A DNA stretch of 64,000 bases from an uncultured Thermodesulfobacteriota bacterium (GCA_964348095.1 CAYGBK010000015.1:3840-67839); one strand, 5' to 3'. Counted from the first letter of the stretch, positions 50,610-61,715 are shown. Numbers and translations are program-made. Notes: generated from the letters alone by a model not told the origin.

Positions 50610-51821
50610 GTGGAGAAAATAATTGCCATGATCCTCGCTGGAGGAAAAGGGGAAAGACTCTATCCCCTCACCAGAGATCGAACGAAGCCCGCCGTTCCTT
50701 TTGGCGGTATCTACAGAATTATTGACTTTACGCTGAGCAACTGCGTCAATTCGAGCGTTCGTCGAATCTATATCCTCACGCAGTACAAATCGATTTCCCT
50801 CAACCGTCATATTGAGCTGGGGTGGGACATTCTGAGTAGCCAACTGGGCGAGTTTGTCAGCCTCATTCCGGCACAGCAACGACTCGATGAAAGCTGGTAC
50901 CAGGGGACAGCTGATGCCATTTTCCAAAACATATACACCCTCCAGGAAGATCAGCCTGATATCGTTCTGATTCTGTCCGGTGATCACGTGTACAAGATGG
51001 ACTACAGATTGATCATCGATTTCCACATCGAGCGGCAGGCGGATCTCACTATTGGTGTCCTGCGAGTTGATAGACGTTCTTCAAGGAATTTCGGGGTGGT
51101 TGAGGTGAATAGTGCGTTTCGTGTCAAGGGATTTCAAGAGAAACCCTCAACCCCAAAAACGATGCCTGAAAGGCCTGAGTGTATCCTGGCATCCATGGGT
51201 ATCTACGTCTTTAACACAGAGGTCTTGGTAAGGCGCCTCATCGACGATTTCCGGAATGAGAAGAGCTCTCACGATTTTGGTAAGGATGTCATTCCAAACA
51301 TGGTGAAAAAGGATAGGGTCTTTGCTTTTGATTTTGTGAAACGAGAAACGGGAGAGCCTGAGTACTGGCGGGACGTAGGAACTTTGGATGCCTACTGGGA
51401 AGCCAACATGGATCTGGTCAGTGTGATACCCCAGCTGAACCTTTACGACACTGGGTGGCCGATCCACACCTTCCAGGGTCATTATCCTCCCGCGAAAACG
51501 GTTCACGCTGAGAAAGGCAGAACCGGTACAGCCATAAATTCAGTTGTTTCCGGAGGCTGCATTATCAGTGGAGCCAGGGTAAGAAGGTCCCTCCTTTCGC
51601 CAAATGTTCATGTCCACAGTCATGCGCTGATTGAAGATTCGATCATCATGGAGGGCGTCCAGGTGGAGGAGCGGGCACGGGTGAGAGGGGCGATCGTCGA
51701 CAAGAACGTTCGAATCCGCGAAGGTGCGAAGGTTGGGTATGATAGGAGAAAGGACAGGAAGAGATTTAAAATCACCGATTCTGGGATTGTTGTGATCCCG
51801 AAAGGCATGCAAATCGATTGA
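50610..51821 (+). CDS. glgC: glucose-1-phosphate adenylyltransferase
   Basis: ILAGGKGERLYPLTRDRTKPAVPFGGIYRIIDFTLSNCVNS... C-terminal left-handed beta-helix. Confidence 0.9.
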   Translation: MEKIIAMILAGGKGERLYPLTRDRTKPAVPFGGIYRIIDFTLSNCVNSSVRRIYILTQYKSISLNRHIELGWDILSSQLGEFVSLIPAQQRLDESWYQGTADAIFQNIYTLQEDQPDIVLILSGDHVYKMDYRLIIDFHIERQADLTIGVLRVDRRSSRNFGVVEVNSAFRVKGFQEKPSTPKTMPERPECILASMGIYVFNTEVLVRRLIDDFRNEKSSHDFGKDVIPNMVKKDRVFAFDFVKRETGEPEYWRDVGTLDAYWEANMDLVSVIPQLNLYDTGWPIHTFQGHYPPAKTVHAEKGRTGTAINSVVSGGCIISGARVRRSLLSPNVHVHSHALIEDSIIMEGVQVEERARVRGAIVDKNVRIREGAKVGYDRRKDRKRFKITDSGIVVIPKGMQID

Positions 51822-51989
51822 CAATCCGATAGGGATTTGGGCTGGATTCCGCTTGGGCGGAAAGAACGGTACGGAAACTCCACAATGAACACGGCAGGGT
51901 GATTGACGGACAGACTTCAGTCCCATTGCTCATTCCCGAATGATTTTATTTACCATGACACCTCTCTAAGCGAAGATCAGCAGGGTTTT

Positions 51990-53135
51990 TCAGCCGAGTT
52001 TGCCGACCGCCTCGACCTCCTCGAGCTGACGATGCAGTAGATCAATTTGGCCCTGATTCAGGTTATCAAGCTTCAGGGCGCGATGAAGAAAATCGGCGGC
52101 ATCCTGGAAGAGTCCTTTTTCGAAGTGACACCTGGCGAGCATGATCAGACACTCGAGCGGCTTGGTCCCCTGGTCAAGAGATTTTGTAAACTCTTCGATA
52201 GCCTTATCTGGCAACTCCATTTCGCGGTAGGCTACGCCAAGATGGTAGTGGAGATGGGGATCCTCTGCCGACGGTTCAACGTGTGTTTGGGGGTTATTGA
52301 AAGGGGTTGATTGGGGACTATCGGCAGGCGGAGGGGATACGGGGTGGCTGTCGATTTCTTGAGAGGGAAAATCATTCGAAATATCACCAACCGTCAGATC
52401 TCGAAGAACGGTCCCGTGGAGTGAATCCTTGGCCTCGGTCCCTGCTTCGTCAGGTGGCTGGTCAATATCGAGAAGCTCATCCGGCTGAATCTTCCCGAGG
52501 TCCATTTCGAAATCCTTTGTTCCGTCTGGAGAAAGTTCTGGACCCCCAGTTTGCCCCCTATCGGAGAAATCGCCAATGTCAAAGCCTTCCAGATTTATTT
52601 CTGACGTGGGAGGAGCTGATTGGGGAGGTGGGTTTTCAACGTTAGAGGGGACGAGCAAGTCCTCAATAGGGACGGGATCGGACTCACCTGTGCCCTGAAT
52701 TGGCTCCTCTTCGAGGATATGGCTTCCGTATTGGCTCGGTCCAGGCGCTCTCGGTTCTTCCAATTCTCGCAAAGCCGCCTGGGTCTCTTCGTCCTCAGGT
52801 CTTATGTGTAGGATCTTTTCATAAGTTCTTCTCGCTTCGGCGATAAGACCCTCTTCGGTGTAAAGAGCGGCGAGAGATTTATGATTGCCCAAAGATGTGC
52901 TCCCCAGGGTGAGCACCTTTTTATAAATGGCTATGGCTTTGAGATTGAATCCCTCTTCACTCAGGTGGCTTGCGGCAGTCTGGTATTCCTGAATGGCGGA
53001 TTTCTTGTCACCCGAACGGAGATAGTGGTCGGCGAGTTTGAGCCTATTCTTGGTATTCTCTGGGTCTTTCTGGAGGAGGTCTATGAGCTTATCGAGCTCT
53101 TTGTTGTTCTTATTCTTCTTCCTGAAGGCAAACAT
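51990..53135 (-). CDS. TPR-repeat protein with proline/acidic-rich C-terminal half
   Basis: Several 34-aa TPR units (AIQEYQTA..., AIAIYKKVL..., ARRTYEKIL..., ECLIMLARCHFEKGLFQDAADFL). Confidence 0.6.
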   Translation of the reverse strand: MFAFRKKNKNNKELDKLIDLLQKDPENTKNRLKLADHYLRSGDKKSAIQEYQTAASHLSEEGFNLKAIAIYKKVLTLGSTSLGNHKSLAALYTEEGLIAEARRTYEKILHIRPEDEETQAALRELEEPRAPGPSQYGSHILEEEPIQGTGESDPVPIEDLLVPSNVENPPPQSAPPTSEINLEGFDIGDFSDRGQTGGPELSPDGTKDFEMDLGKIQPDELLDIDQPPDEAGTEAKDSLHGTVLRDLTVGDISNDFPSQEIDSHPVSPPPADSPQSTPFNNPQTHVEPSAEDPHLHYHLGVAYREMELPDKAIEEFTKSLDQGTKPLECLIMLARCHFEKGLFQDAADFLHRALKLDNLNQGQIDLLHRQLEEVEAVGKLG

Positions 53136-53891
53136 GCCGTCGAAACCTGTGCTCTAATCGCAATGAATGGGATTGCCATGAGAAGACAGAAGGACAGATG
53201 ACTGATTATGCAGGAAATGTGCCAATGGATGAGGTCCTGAAATGCCGGGAAAAGGGGGTGGGCAGAGCCCTCGTGGCCATCTGAAGACTCTGCCCCTCTA
53301 AGGAGGGTGAAAATACCCCATTATCGCTCCTCTTGTGATAACGGGGCAGGAAAAAGCAGGGTGAAATCGGGGTCCAGGAAAGACGGGTCGCGGGTGAACA
53401 GAGGTTCAGCGGGAAGATGAAGTTGGACAGAAAGCAGCTGGAGAAGAGATCGCGCGTGAACGGGATGTTCGGTGTCTTTCACTGGCCCCGATAGTGAAAA
53501 AGATTTTTTTCACTTACTGCTCTATTTCTTACCCTCAATCCCTCACACCGTCAACCTTTTTTTTTGAAAAATTACATATTATTTAATTTCTTTTTAAAAT
53601 TGCTTAATTTCTAACGATGACCATGTCTCTAATTCCCGCCATTCTTGGTATCCCGCTGGCTGACTGATGGGAAAGTCCCTTAGGGCCTGCTTACCTGGAG
53701 ATGGTTCGTACTCACAAACCTGAGGCGAGTCCTGCCACGGGCCGCACCGGTTTGGGGTCGCCTGGAGCGAGCCTAAGCTCGCGTTATTGATCAATTATCT
53801 CGCATCGTCAGTATATGCGTGCAAGAGATACCTCTTGCCTTCTTGTAGGTTTGAACACGGGGCGACGCACCGTGCCCACGGTGACCTTATC

Positions 53892-54254
53892 CTACACCAC
53901 CTCAAAAGCGTTCCGGATGTGCTCCACCTCGTTATCCTCCCCTTTTCGTCTGATTGCGACGACATCGAACCGGGCCCGTGCGTTCAATAACCCTCTTTTC
54001 TTCAAGAAATAGAGAGCAACTCTCGACAACTTACGTTGCTTCCGTTTGTGCACCGCCACCTCTGGTCTGTCGTACGTATCGGTTGATCGTCTCTTGACTT
54101 CAACAAAGCAGATCGTCTTTCTGTCCACCGCCACGATATCGATCTCTCCCAATGGACAGCGATAGTTCTGTTCAACGATCCGGTACCCGTTTTTTCTCAG
54201 ATATTCGATTGCGATAGCCTCGCCTTCACGGCCGATCTTAGACGAGTGAACCAT
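53892..54254 (-). CDS. yraN: YraN-family (UPF0102) endonuclease
   Basis: GEAIAIEYLRKNGYRIVEQNYRCPLGEIDIVAV...CFVEVKRR. Confidence 0.75.
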   Translation of the reverse strand: MVHSSKIGREGEAIAIEYLRKNGYRIVEQNYRCPLGEIDIVAVDRKTICFVEVKRRSTDTYDRPEVAVHKRKQRKLSRVALYFLKKRGLLNARARFDVVAIRRKGEDNEVEHIRNAFEVV

Positions 54255-54602
54255 GGCGTCACCCTGATTGCTGGTGAATCTTCCTGGAAATGCCGGTTAC
54301 CATCTACCCGAAGTCCTGGGATTCATGACTTCTATGTCGAGCCTATTCACTCAGGACTGCGTCTTGAATGAGCGGCGTCGTTCATCATAAGTGTGAGAAT
54401 TTAGCACACCATGTGTGAATCGCCGCCCTCGGTTTCTCGTCGTGCAGGCATGGGGATGGTCAATTGACCTCGACGGTCAGCAGTCATCAGTCCTTCCCAA
54501 ATAAGCTTGGGGAGGCGGGCCAATGAGACGGGTGTAGATTGGGCGGAGACGACCATCTCTATCTGTCGTGACCCAGGGGTAGAGTTTGTACAGTATGCCC
54601 CT

Positions 54603-55313
54603 TCAGCTTCCGTCAAATATGAAACCAGACTGCCCAGAGAGGGTTGAAGAATGAGGAAGAGAGCCTTTGACCCCCTTGAAAGTCTTCCGGTGGTATTCGC
54701 AATACCCGTGTCGTCTTATGGCGTCGAGGTGTTCCTGAGTGCCATAGCCCTTGTGTTTTGCGAAATTATATTGGGGATACTTCTCGTGGTAGGAGGTCAT
54801 GATTCGATCTCGAGTGACTTTGGCAACGATTGATGCGGCACCTATGGAAACACAGAGGTTGTCGCCTTTCACGATGGTGCGCTGTGGCATTGGCAGGGGG
54901 ATGGGGAGGGACCCATCGACGAGCAGCATTTCTGGCTTCCTATTCAGTAGGCGAACTGCTTTCGCCATCGCCTTCTGGGTGGCCCTTCCAATATTGATCT
55001 GGTCTATCTCTTCTGCCTCGATCACGCCGGTACCGATGGAGACAGCCACCTTCAAGATCTTTTCATACAGGGATTCTCTCATTTCGGGCTGAAGTTTCTT
55101 CGAATCCCAAAACCCTTCTTGAAATGCCGAAAAAGGGAGTATGACGGCAGCCGCAACGACGGGACCGGCCAGTGGCCCCCGACCTGCTTCGTCCACACCC
55201 GCGATCAACCGACATCCCTGGCCCGAAAACCGCCTCTCGAAAAAATCCAGGGCTTGGGATGGCGCAGATCCAATAAGGTCTTTTTGCTGGCGCCCTGACA
55301 TGATAGAGACCAC
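54603..55313 (-). CDS. rnhB: ribonuclease HII
   Basis: LIAGVDEAGRGPLAGPVVAAAVIL. Confidence 0.85.
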   Translation of the reverse strand: MVSIMSGRQQKDLIGSAPSQALDFFERRFSGQGCRLIAGVDEAGRGPLAGPVVAAAVILPFSAFQEGFWDSKKLQPEMRESLYEKILKVAVSIGTGVIEAEEIDQINIGRATQKAMAKAVRLLNRKPEMLLVDGSLPIPLPMPQRTIVKGDNLCVSIGAASIVAKVTRDRIMTSYHEKYPQYNFAKHKGYGTQEHLDAIRRHGYCEYHRKTFKGVKGSLPHSSTLSGQSGFIFDGS

Positions 55314-55314
55314 C

Positions 55315-55656
55315 TCACTGCTCTTCCTTTATTCGAGCAGCTTTCCCTCGGCGTTTTCTCAGGTAGTAGAGTTTCGCCCGCCGCACCTTGCCTCTGCCTA
55401 TCAGTTCAACCCGGTCGATCCGTGGAGAATAGAGGGGAAATATTCGCTCGACGCCGACCCCATAAGACACTTTTCTGACAGTGAAGGTTGCGCGGGGACC
55501 TCCCCGCCGCTTACTGATGACAACACCTTCAAAGACTTGTGTCCTCTCCTTGTCGCCTTCGATGATCTTAACGTAAACCCGAACCGTGTCACCCGCTTTG
55601 AAATCGGGCAAATCCGTTCGGATGTGTTCCCTCTCAATCAATTCGATGGAATCCAT
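55315..55656 (-). CDS. rplS: 50S ribosomal protein L19
   Basis: [29 protein letters not shown]... Confidence 0.92.
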   Translation of the reverse strand: MDSIELIEREHIRTDLPDFKAGDTVRVYVKIIEGDKERTQVFEGVVISKRRGGPRATFTVRKVSYGVGVERIFPLYSPRIDRVELIGRGKVRRAKLYYLRKRRGKAARIKEEQ

Positions 55657-55672
55657 TCTCGGCTCCTCCTCT

Positions 55673-56254
55673 CTATCGATTCCCCGTTAACCGGTCCAGA
55701 ATGATGGCTATCGCTGATCGAACGGACAGGTGATTGTAATCGAGTACTCCCTCTACTGGTGCTAAGATATAGTCACTTTCTTCAAGAACCTCTCGGGCGA
55801 GGCCCCACCCCGTTCCAAGAACGAGGAGATAAGGCCAGGGGCCCTCGTAAAGAAGCTCATGCATGTGATTATAGGAAATGTTCTTCTTGTGCTGTGTCGC
55901 ATCGGTTGCAACGGTCTTTACCGGCAATCGATGCGATCTTGATATGTCCTGAATCACCTCCTGGAGACTTGCCCTCACCTCGATCCGCTCGAATGCCTGT
56001 TTTCGGATCGGATTGTAAAGGGCTCCTGCCCCCTCTCTCCAATGGGCAATTATCTTACGGACGAGTTCTTTTTGCGAGTCGAGGGGATTGATAATGTACC
56101 CAGCCCGAACACCAAAAGTCATTGCGCACCGTGCTATGTCGTGAATATCGAGATTGGTGACTGCGGTACAAATGACTTTTCCTTGTTTGTTGTAGACGGG
56201 ATAATGTACCAAACCTACGTAGAGGTTTAATTGGTCTACGCCTCCCCTTTTCAA
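55673..56254 (-). CDS. conserved hypothetical protein inserted between trmD and rplS (possible SPOUT-like fold)
   Basis: 193 aa. [21 protein letters not shown] resembles the SPOUT motif-II glycine-rich loop. Overlaps the trmD stop (ATGA). Confidence 0.4.
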   Translation of the reverse strand: MKRGGVDQLNLYVGLVHYPVYNKQGKVICTAVTNLDIHDIARCAMTFGVRAGYIINPLDSQKELVRKIIAHWREGAGALYNPIRKQAFERIEVRASLQEVIQDISRSHRLPVKTVATDATQHKKNISYNHMHELLYEGPWPYLLVLGTGWGLAREVLEESDYILAPVEGVLDYNHLSVRSAIAIILDRLTGNR

Positions 56255-56991
56255 AATCTCCCTTCTCTCTCTATCTCATCGACGGTCCTGCAATCCTCAG
56301 GGGTGAGATCTAAATGCGCTAAAAGATCCGGCCTGCGAAGCCATGTTTTACGAATAGACTCTCTCCTTCGCCATCGATTGATCTCTTGGTGATTTCCCGA
56401 GATGAGAATCTCAGGAACATGGAGGCCTCGAAATTTCCGTGGTTTTGTATACTGGGGATATTCAAGAAGTCCGTCTGAAAAAGAATCGTTCCGAGCTGCA
56501 GCTTCATTTCCTAGAACCCCTTCAATCTGTCGCGAAACAGCATCGATAATGACCATCGCCGCTAGCTCCCCGCCAGTGAGGACGTAGTCTCCAATGGAGA
56601 TCTCTTCGTCGACAAACCCGAGCCTTACCCTCTCATCAACTCCCTCATATCGTCCACAAACAAGAACCAGATGAGGGAATTCGGCCAGTCTGCAAACCTG
56701 GTCATGGTCCAGTAGAGCCCCTTGCGGGGTCAACAGGATCACCCTGGCAAATGGATACGGTTTTTTGATAGATTCGATGGCCCGAACGATGGGTTCAGGT
56801 TTCATCACCATCCCGCCCCCCCCACCATAGGGCGTATCATCGACCACCCGGTGGCGGCCCTCAGCGAAATCTCGAATATTACGAATGGTGATCTTGATTT
56901 GTTCCCTGTTTATAGCCCTATCGAGAATGCTCTCCTTGAGCGGAGACTCAAACATTTGAGGGAAAAGCGTCAGCACGTCAAATTGAATCAT
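56251..56991 (-). CDS. trmD: tRNA (guanine37-N1)-methyltransferase
   Basis: [18 protein letters not shown]...[20 protein letters not shown]. Confidence 0.9.
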   Translation of the reverse strand: MIQFDVLTLFPQMFESPLKESILDRAINREQIKITIRNIRDFAEGRHRVVDDTPYGGGGGMVMKPEPIVRAIESIKKPYPFARVILLTPQGALLDHDQVCRLAEFPHLVLVCGRYEGVDERVRLGFVDEEISIGDYVLTGGELAAMVIIDAVSRQIEGVLGNEAAARNDSFSDGLLEYPQYTKPRKFRGLHVPEILISGNHQEINRWRRRESIRKTWLRRPDLLAHLDLTPEDCRTVDEIEREGRF

Positions 56992-57523
56992 CTTTCGTCA
57001 TCTCCTCTGGGAGGCAAACTGTCATGTGCCGAGCGACGATGTCCACCTTTCTAATGACCTCATCATTGGCTGGAACAAGGATCTCTTTTTCGCCTTTCTT
57101 GATGACAAAGACATCTGTACCACCGGTTGGAATGATATCTGCAAGCTTTCCGACCCGATCTTTTCTTTCGGTCCAAACGTCCATTCCGATAAGGTCGGTC
57201 CAATAGTATTCTCCTTCTTCCAACACTGGGAGGGCGGCTTTTTCCACCAGGATTGGAGCTCCAACCAGGCGTTCTGCCTGATCGATGGACTCCACATTTT
57301 CTAGCTTAACGATTACCTGTCTTCGGTGGATTCTTGCCTCTGTAACGCCAAACGGCTTTGGGTGGCCACCCGGGGTCATCAAAAGAACTCTTCCATATGA
57401 AAGGAAAAAGCTCTTGTTTTCATTGTAATATCTTACTCGGAGTCTCCCATGGATTCCATGGGTCCGGATGACCTTGCCAATGGCAATGAGTTCGGTTTCT
57501 TGAGAGTTATTCGATGATTTCAA
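56978..57523 (-). CDS. rimM: 16S rRNA processing protein RimM
   Basis: [18 protein letters not shown]... PRC-barrel C-terminus. Confidence 0.85.
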   Translation of the reverse strand: MKSSNNSQETELIAIGKVIRTHGIHGRLRVRYYNENKSFFLSYGRVLLMTPGGHPKPFGVTEARIHRRQVIVKLENVESIDQAERLVGAPILVEKAALPVLEEGEYYWTDLIGMDVWTERKDRVGKLADIIPTGGTDVFVIKKGEKEILVPANDEVIRKVDIVARHMTVCLPEEMTKDDSI

Positions 57524-57737
57524 GGACGGAATGCTTTCTTAGCTTCATTGAGGCGGCACTCAGAATCGTCCTCATGGCTTTCGCCGTTCTTCCCTGTTTG
57601 CCGATGACCTTTCCGAGGTCTTCTTTGGCCACACCCAACTCAATCACCGATGTCTTTTCCCCCTCAATTTCAGAAACTCGAACCTGATCGGGGTTATCGA
57701 CCAATGCCTTCGCGATATACTCGATTAACTCCTTCAT
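57507..57737 (-). CDS. KH-domain RNA-binding protein (UPF0109 / YlqC-like)
   Basis: [16 protein letters not shown], 76 aa, between rpsP and rimM as usual. Confidence 0.8.
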   Translation of the reverse strand: MKELIEYIAKALVDNPDQVRVSEIEGEKTSVIELGVAKEDLGKVIGKQGRTAKAMRTILSAASMKLRKHSVLEIIE

Positions 57738-57794
57738 CGTCAGCTTCCCCCCTTTACTGCCCGGCCCCCAGGCATCTAAGACATACCAAACCCC

Positions 57795-58061
57795 TTAGGA
57801 TTCTTTGCCTTCAGCCATTTTCTGAAAGAGACCAGATTTCTCCATCAGTTTTCTCACAGTTTCTGAAGGTTGTGCCCCCTTTCTCATCCAGTCGATCGCC
57901 TTATCATCTTCAATTCGAATCAGGGCGGGATTCTGGTTTGGGTCGTAGATTCCAATGTTCTCGATGAACTTTCCATCTCGAGGAGCCCGTGAGTCAGCCA
58001 CAACAATACGATAGGTGGGTCGTTTCTTACCTCCAAACCGGGCCAGTCTGATTGCAACGGC
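57795..58061 (-). CDS. rpsP: 30S ribosomal protein S16
   Basis: MAVAIRLARFGGKKRPTYRIVVADSRAPRDGKFIENIGIYDP. Confidence 0.9.
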   Translation of the reverse strand, partial: AVAIRLARFGGKKRPTYRIVVADSRAPRDGKFIENIGIYDPNQNPALIRIEDDKAIDWMRKGAQPSETVRKLMEKSGLFQKMAEGKES

Positions 58062-58122
58062 CATCTTTCGATTCACCTCCACGTCATGAATTAAAGTTCC
58101 AAATTCACAAGCAGCGTTCTTT

Positions 58123-59454
58123 TCAAAAAGGGAAGCCCCCCATCTGGAGGCCTCTCATCCCTCCCTTCTTCATTTTGCTGAGCATTTTTCGAGTTGTCAT
58201 ATACTGTTTGAGAAGCCTGTTGACATCCTGCACCGTAGTTCCACTTCCCCTCGCGATCCGTAACCGTCTCTTTCCACTTATGATTGAGTGATTGCGCCTC
58301 TCCTGCGGGGTCATGGAATTGATAATTGCCTCGACTTTCACCAATTCCTTCTCCGCCAGATGAAGTGGGCCAATTCCTTTTAGTTTGCCCAGTCCGGGTA
58401 CCATCTTCAGAAGGCTCTCGACGGAGCCTATTTTCCGGAGCTGTACAAGCTGGTCTTTGAAATCCTCCAGCGTGAATTCGGCTTTGCGGATCTTTTTTTC
58501 GAGGTCCTTGGCCTTTTTTTCATCGAATGCAACCTGAGCCTTTTCGATGAGAGAGAGCACGTCCCCCATCCCGAGGATGCGAGAGGCCATTCGATCGGGA
58601 TGGAAAAGCTCAAGGGCCTCAATCTTCTCACCCACCCCAACATACTTGATTGCGCTTCCAGTGACCGCCCTAATAGATAAGGCTGCTCCACCCCGAGCGT
58701 CGCCATCCATTTTCGTCAGGATCACGCCGTCAATACCCAACTGGTCGTTGAAACTCTTGGCGATATTCACGGCATCCTGCCCCGTCATCGCATCTGCCAC
58801 AAGCAGGATTTCCCTGGGGGAAATCGCTCCCTTGATCTGGCGAAGTTCATTCATCAAAACCTCATCGATGTGAAGCCTACCGGCCGTATCGATAAGAAGC
58901 GTATCGTACCCCCCTCGCAGGGCGCTCTCCCTGGCTTTCCTACAAATCTCAACGGGGCTTTCACCGCGATGGGGTTCATAGAAATCGACCTCAACCTGTG
59001 AGGCGAGCTTACGGAGTTGATCGATAGCTGCCGGCCTGTAGATGTCAGCAGGGACCATAAAAGGGAACCGGCCGTTTCCCTTTAGGAGTCTGGCCAATTT
59101 GGCAGTTGTGGTGGTTTTTCCGCATCCATGAAGGCCTACCAACATAAGGGGTACGGGAGGATTACCAGAGAATCTTATTTGACGGTCTTCTGCTCCCATG
59201 AGATCGATTAGTTCCTGGTGAACGATTTTGATGACCTGCTGGGCAGGGGTCAGACTCCCCATGACTTCCTCACCAATGGCTCGTTCTCGGACTGACTCAA
59301 CAAAATCTCTGACCACACGAAAGTGAACGTCCGCCTCAAGGAGGGCCATTCTCACCTCTTTGAGAGCCTCCTGGATATTCTGCTCCGTTAGCTTCCCATG
59401 GCCTCTCAACTTCTTGAAAACCAGCGAGAGTTTGTCGGTTAATTGGTCAAACAT
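58123..59454 (-). CDS. ffh: signal recognition particle protein Ffh
   Basis: N-domain, NG GTPase (GLHGCGKTTTTAKLA, DTAGR, TKMDGD), Met-rich M domain. Confidence 0.92.
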   Translation of the reverse strand: MFDQLTDKLSLVFKKLRGHGKLTEQNIQEALKEVRMALLEADVHFRVVRDFVESVRERAIGEEVMGSLTPAQQVIKIVHQELIDLMGAEDRQIRFSGNPPVPLMLVGLHGCGKTTTTAKLARLLKGNGRFPFMVPADIYRPAAIDQLRKLASQVEVDFYEPHRGESPVEICRKARESALRGGYDTLLIDTAGRLHIDEVLMNELRQIKGAISPREILLVADAMTGQDAVNIAKSFNDQLGIDGVILTKMDGDARGGAALSIRAVTGSAIKYVGVGEKIEALELFHPDRMASRILGMGDVLSLIEKAQVAFDEKKAKDLEKKIRKAEFTLEDFKDQLVQLRKIGSVESLLKMVPGLGKLKGIGPLHLAEKELVKVEAIINSMTPQERRNHSIISGKRRLRIARGSGTTVQDVNRLLKQYMTTRKMLSKMKKGGMRGLQMGGFPF

Positions 59455-59619
59455 TGGTCAGTGTCTTTCTTCCACGCACTATTTACCAAAAACCGTTTAT
59501 TCTAAACAATTTAAGGAAGATTGTCAATTTGGGACCGCACCTGTTTCTCGCAGAGAACACCACAGCACCGGAACCTCTTCTGGCTCGAGTCCGTCATTCT
59601 GTCTCAGGATTTCACCCGG

Positions 59620-60507
59620 TCAGTGAATTCGTATCCAAACTATTGGAGATGGTGTCCTGTCATCGGTGGCAGAACCGAATGACCTTGACAATACAGAAGC
59701 GTCGCGATCAGCTTTCAATACGGGCCCCAACATGGTCGTGGCATCTTTCCCTCTCAACCCTGATTTGAGGATCGCTTCAGCCTTAGGCGAGTATTCACTG
59801 TCAGGGTACTGGCGGGTGATTTCCAAAAAGGTCTCCTTCGCCTTATCGTAAAGGGACAGGTTTATAAAGGCTTTGCCTAAGTGGAAGAGTGCTTGGGGCA
59901 CCAGTCCCGTGTCCTCGTAATTGGCAATGATCTCTTCGAACCTCGCAGCTGCCCCTCGGTAGTTGCCTTTCCGGTAGTAGAATTTTCCAACGGCAAATTC
60001 ATGCTCGGCAAGGCCCCGGCGGCAGACACGAATCCTCTCTTTGGCCGTCTCCGTGAAAATGCTGGGCGGATAGTTCTCGACCAGATATCGAAAGTTGGAG
60101 AGCGCTTTTCGTGCGGGAGTCTGATCACGGTCGGATGATTTTACCTGTTTGAAATAGGCCTGGCCAATTTGGAAGAGGATGTAGGGGATATCCTCATGGT
60201 AGGGATGGAGTTTCCGAAACTCCTCATATATGACGATGGCCTCTTCATACTCAGCCAGAAAGAAGTGGGCGTCAGCGATTTTTATTTCGGCCCGAGACGC
60301 ATATGTCGACTCCGGGTAATAGTTCTTGACGTCGTTGAAAATCTCTATGGCGGTTTGGTATTTGCCACTATTAAAGCGGGACAAGCCCTTGTCATAGAGT
60401 TTCTCCGGTCCTCCGCCGAAGGGTTCATTTCCTCTTTTTGCGGAGCACCCAGCGAGAATCAGACACACGACCAGGATAGATGCGGCGAGCCTATTGAAAC
60501 TCATCAT
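59620..60507 (-). CDS. bamD: outer membrane assembly lipoprotein BamD/YfiO-like (TPR)
   Basis: Lipobox LAGCSA. LYDKGLSRFNSGKYQTAIEIFNDV...YYPESTYASRAEIKIADAHF. Confidence 0.7.
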   Translation of the reverse strand: MMSFNRLAASILVVCLILAGCSAKRGNEPFGGGPEKLYDKGLSRFNSGKYQTAIEIFNDVKNYYPESTYASRAEIKIADAHFFLAEYEEAIVIYEEFRKLHPYHEDIPYILFQIGQAYFKQVKSSDRDQTPARKALSNFRYLVENYPPSIFTETAKERIRVCRRGLAEHEFAVGKFYYRKGNYRGAAARFEEIIANYEDTGLVPQALFHLGKAFINLSLYDKAKETFLEITRQYPDSEYSPKAEAILKSGLRGKDATTMLGPVLKADRDASVLSRSFGSATDDRTPSPIVWIRIH

Positions 60508-60799
60508 CGTTAGAGAAACCAGTTTCGAGAGGATTTAGACTAAATATGAGATCAAAGCGGGGACGATGTCAAGGGAAATTGTGTTAAACTCTCCTACGTA
60601 AGCTCGCCCCGGAGACTGACAGTCCGTCGGGTGGGACACAGCATCAGTCTTCAGCGGCCAGAGAGTGGATCACGTGACCAGAATGTGGACATGATACCGA
60701 TTTCCTGAAATGACGCTGTCAGAATAATAGATAGGAAAAGACGTATCCCTGCTATACCGAGAATAAAGATTATCATCTGAGACCGACCAGTTTACACCC

Positions 60800-61450
60800 A
60801 TGGAAAACCGAGAGATTCTTGTTTCTGGAGCTCGCCTTCTCGGGGTTTCCCTCGATGCGAGCCAGGCGGCGGCATTTGAAAGGTTCCTCGATGAATTGAC
60901 GAGATGGAATCAGCGAATGAATCTTACCGCCTTTCGGGAGAAACGGTCGATTATCATCCGACACTTTTTGGATTCCCTTACCGTGGTGAGATATCTTCCA
61001 GAAACTATCAATCTTCTCGATCTTGGTTCAGGGGCCGGTTTCCCAGGGATTCCTCTGAAGATTGCTAAGCCCCGTTTTCAGGTGGTCTTGTTGGACGGGT
61101 CGAGGAAAAGGACGTATTTTCAGAAGCATGTGATTCGATCGCTCGATCTTTCTGGTATCCGAAGTGTCTGGGGAAGGAGTGATTGGGTAGAGATCCGGGA
61201 AGCACTCGGGAATAGTTTCGACGTTGTGGTTTCACGGGCTGTGTCATCTCTTGAGGTTTACCTTGGCCAAGCGATCCATTTTATTCCTGAGGGGGGAATG
61301 ATAATTGCAATGAGGGGTAGGGACGTCAGTGTCCCGATTCGTCCTGAATCCCTTTCGCTCAGGCTCGACAAAACGGTTTCCACCGATTTGCCATTTGAGG
61401 GGATCAGAAGAACGCTTCAGTTCTTCAGAAAGACCACGCTCTCCGTCTGA
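60800..61450 (+). CDS. rsmG: 16S rRNA (guanine527-N7)-methyltransferase
   Basis: FERFLDELTRWNQRMNLTAFREKRSIIIRHFLDSL...LLDLGSGAGFPGIPL. Confidence 0.85.
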   Translation: MENREILVSGARLLGVSLDASQAAAFERFLDELTRWNQRMNLTAFREKRSIIIRHFLDSLTVVRYLPETINLLDLGSGAGFPGIPLKIAKPRFQVVLLDGSRKRTYFQKHVIRSLDLSGIRSVWGRSDWVEIREALGNSFDVVVSRAVSSLEVYLGQAIHFIPEGGMIIAMRGRDVSVPIRPESLSLRLDKTVSTDLPFEGIRRTLQFFRKTTLSV

Positions 61451-61715
61451 GCATCCGTCTAATCGACAGTGCCCCATGACATACACGAACGGTAGGGATG
61501 GGGACCTAAATGGTACCATTAAATGAGCGGGCCGCTTAACCCAAGGAAGGTTCGTTCTCCCTGACCGAAAGAGATTTCTCAGAGTTCCAAAAGGCCCTTG
61601 CCCGGCCATGCTAGGCCCTGCTTTCTGGCGTCGAGCTTGTCCTTTTCAAAGACGGAGGGTTGTGTTAATATTTCGCAAACTTTGTTGGGGACGGTGAGGC
61701 CATCTCATAGAGACT

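Noticed and set aside
53640-53680. GGGAAAGTCCC resembling the RNase P RNA GGAAAGUCCGGGCUCC box
   Set aside because: The adjacent bases do not continue the conserved box. No other RNase P hallmark (ACAGAA.CCGGCUUA, AGGGUGAAA) is present on either strand.
60655-60680. parS-like palindrome GGATCACGTGACC upstream of rsmG/parAB
   Set aside because: Only the central TCACGTGA matches the parS consensus TGTTTCACGTGAAACA. Six of eight flanking positions differ, which is too degenerate to call a ParB site.
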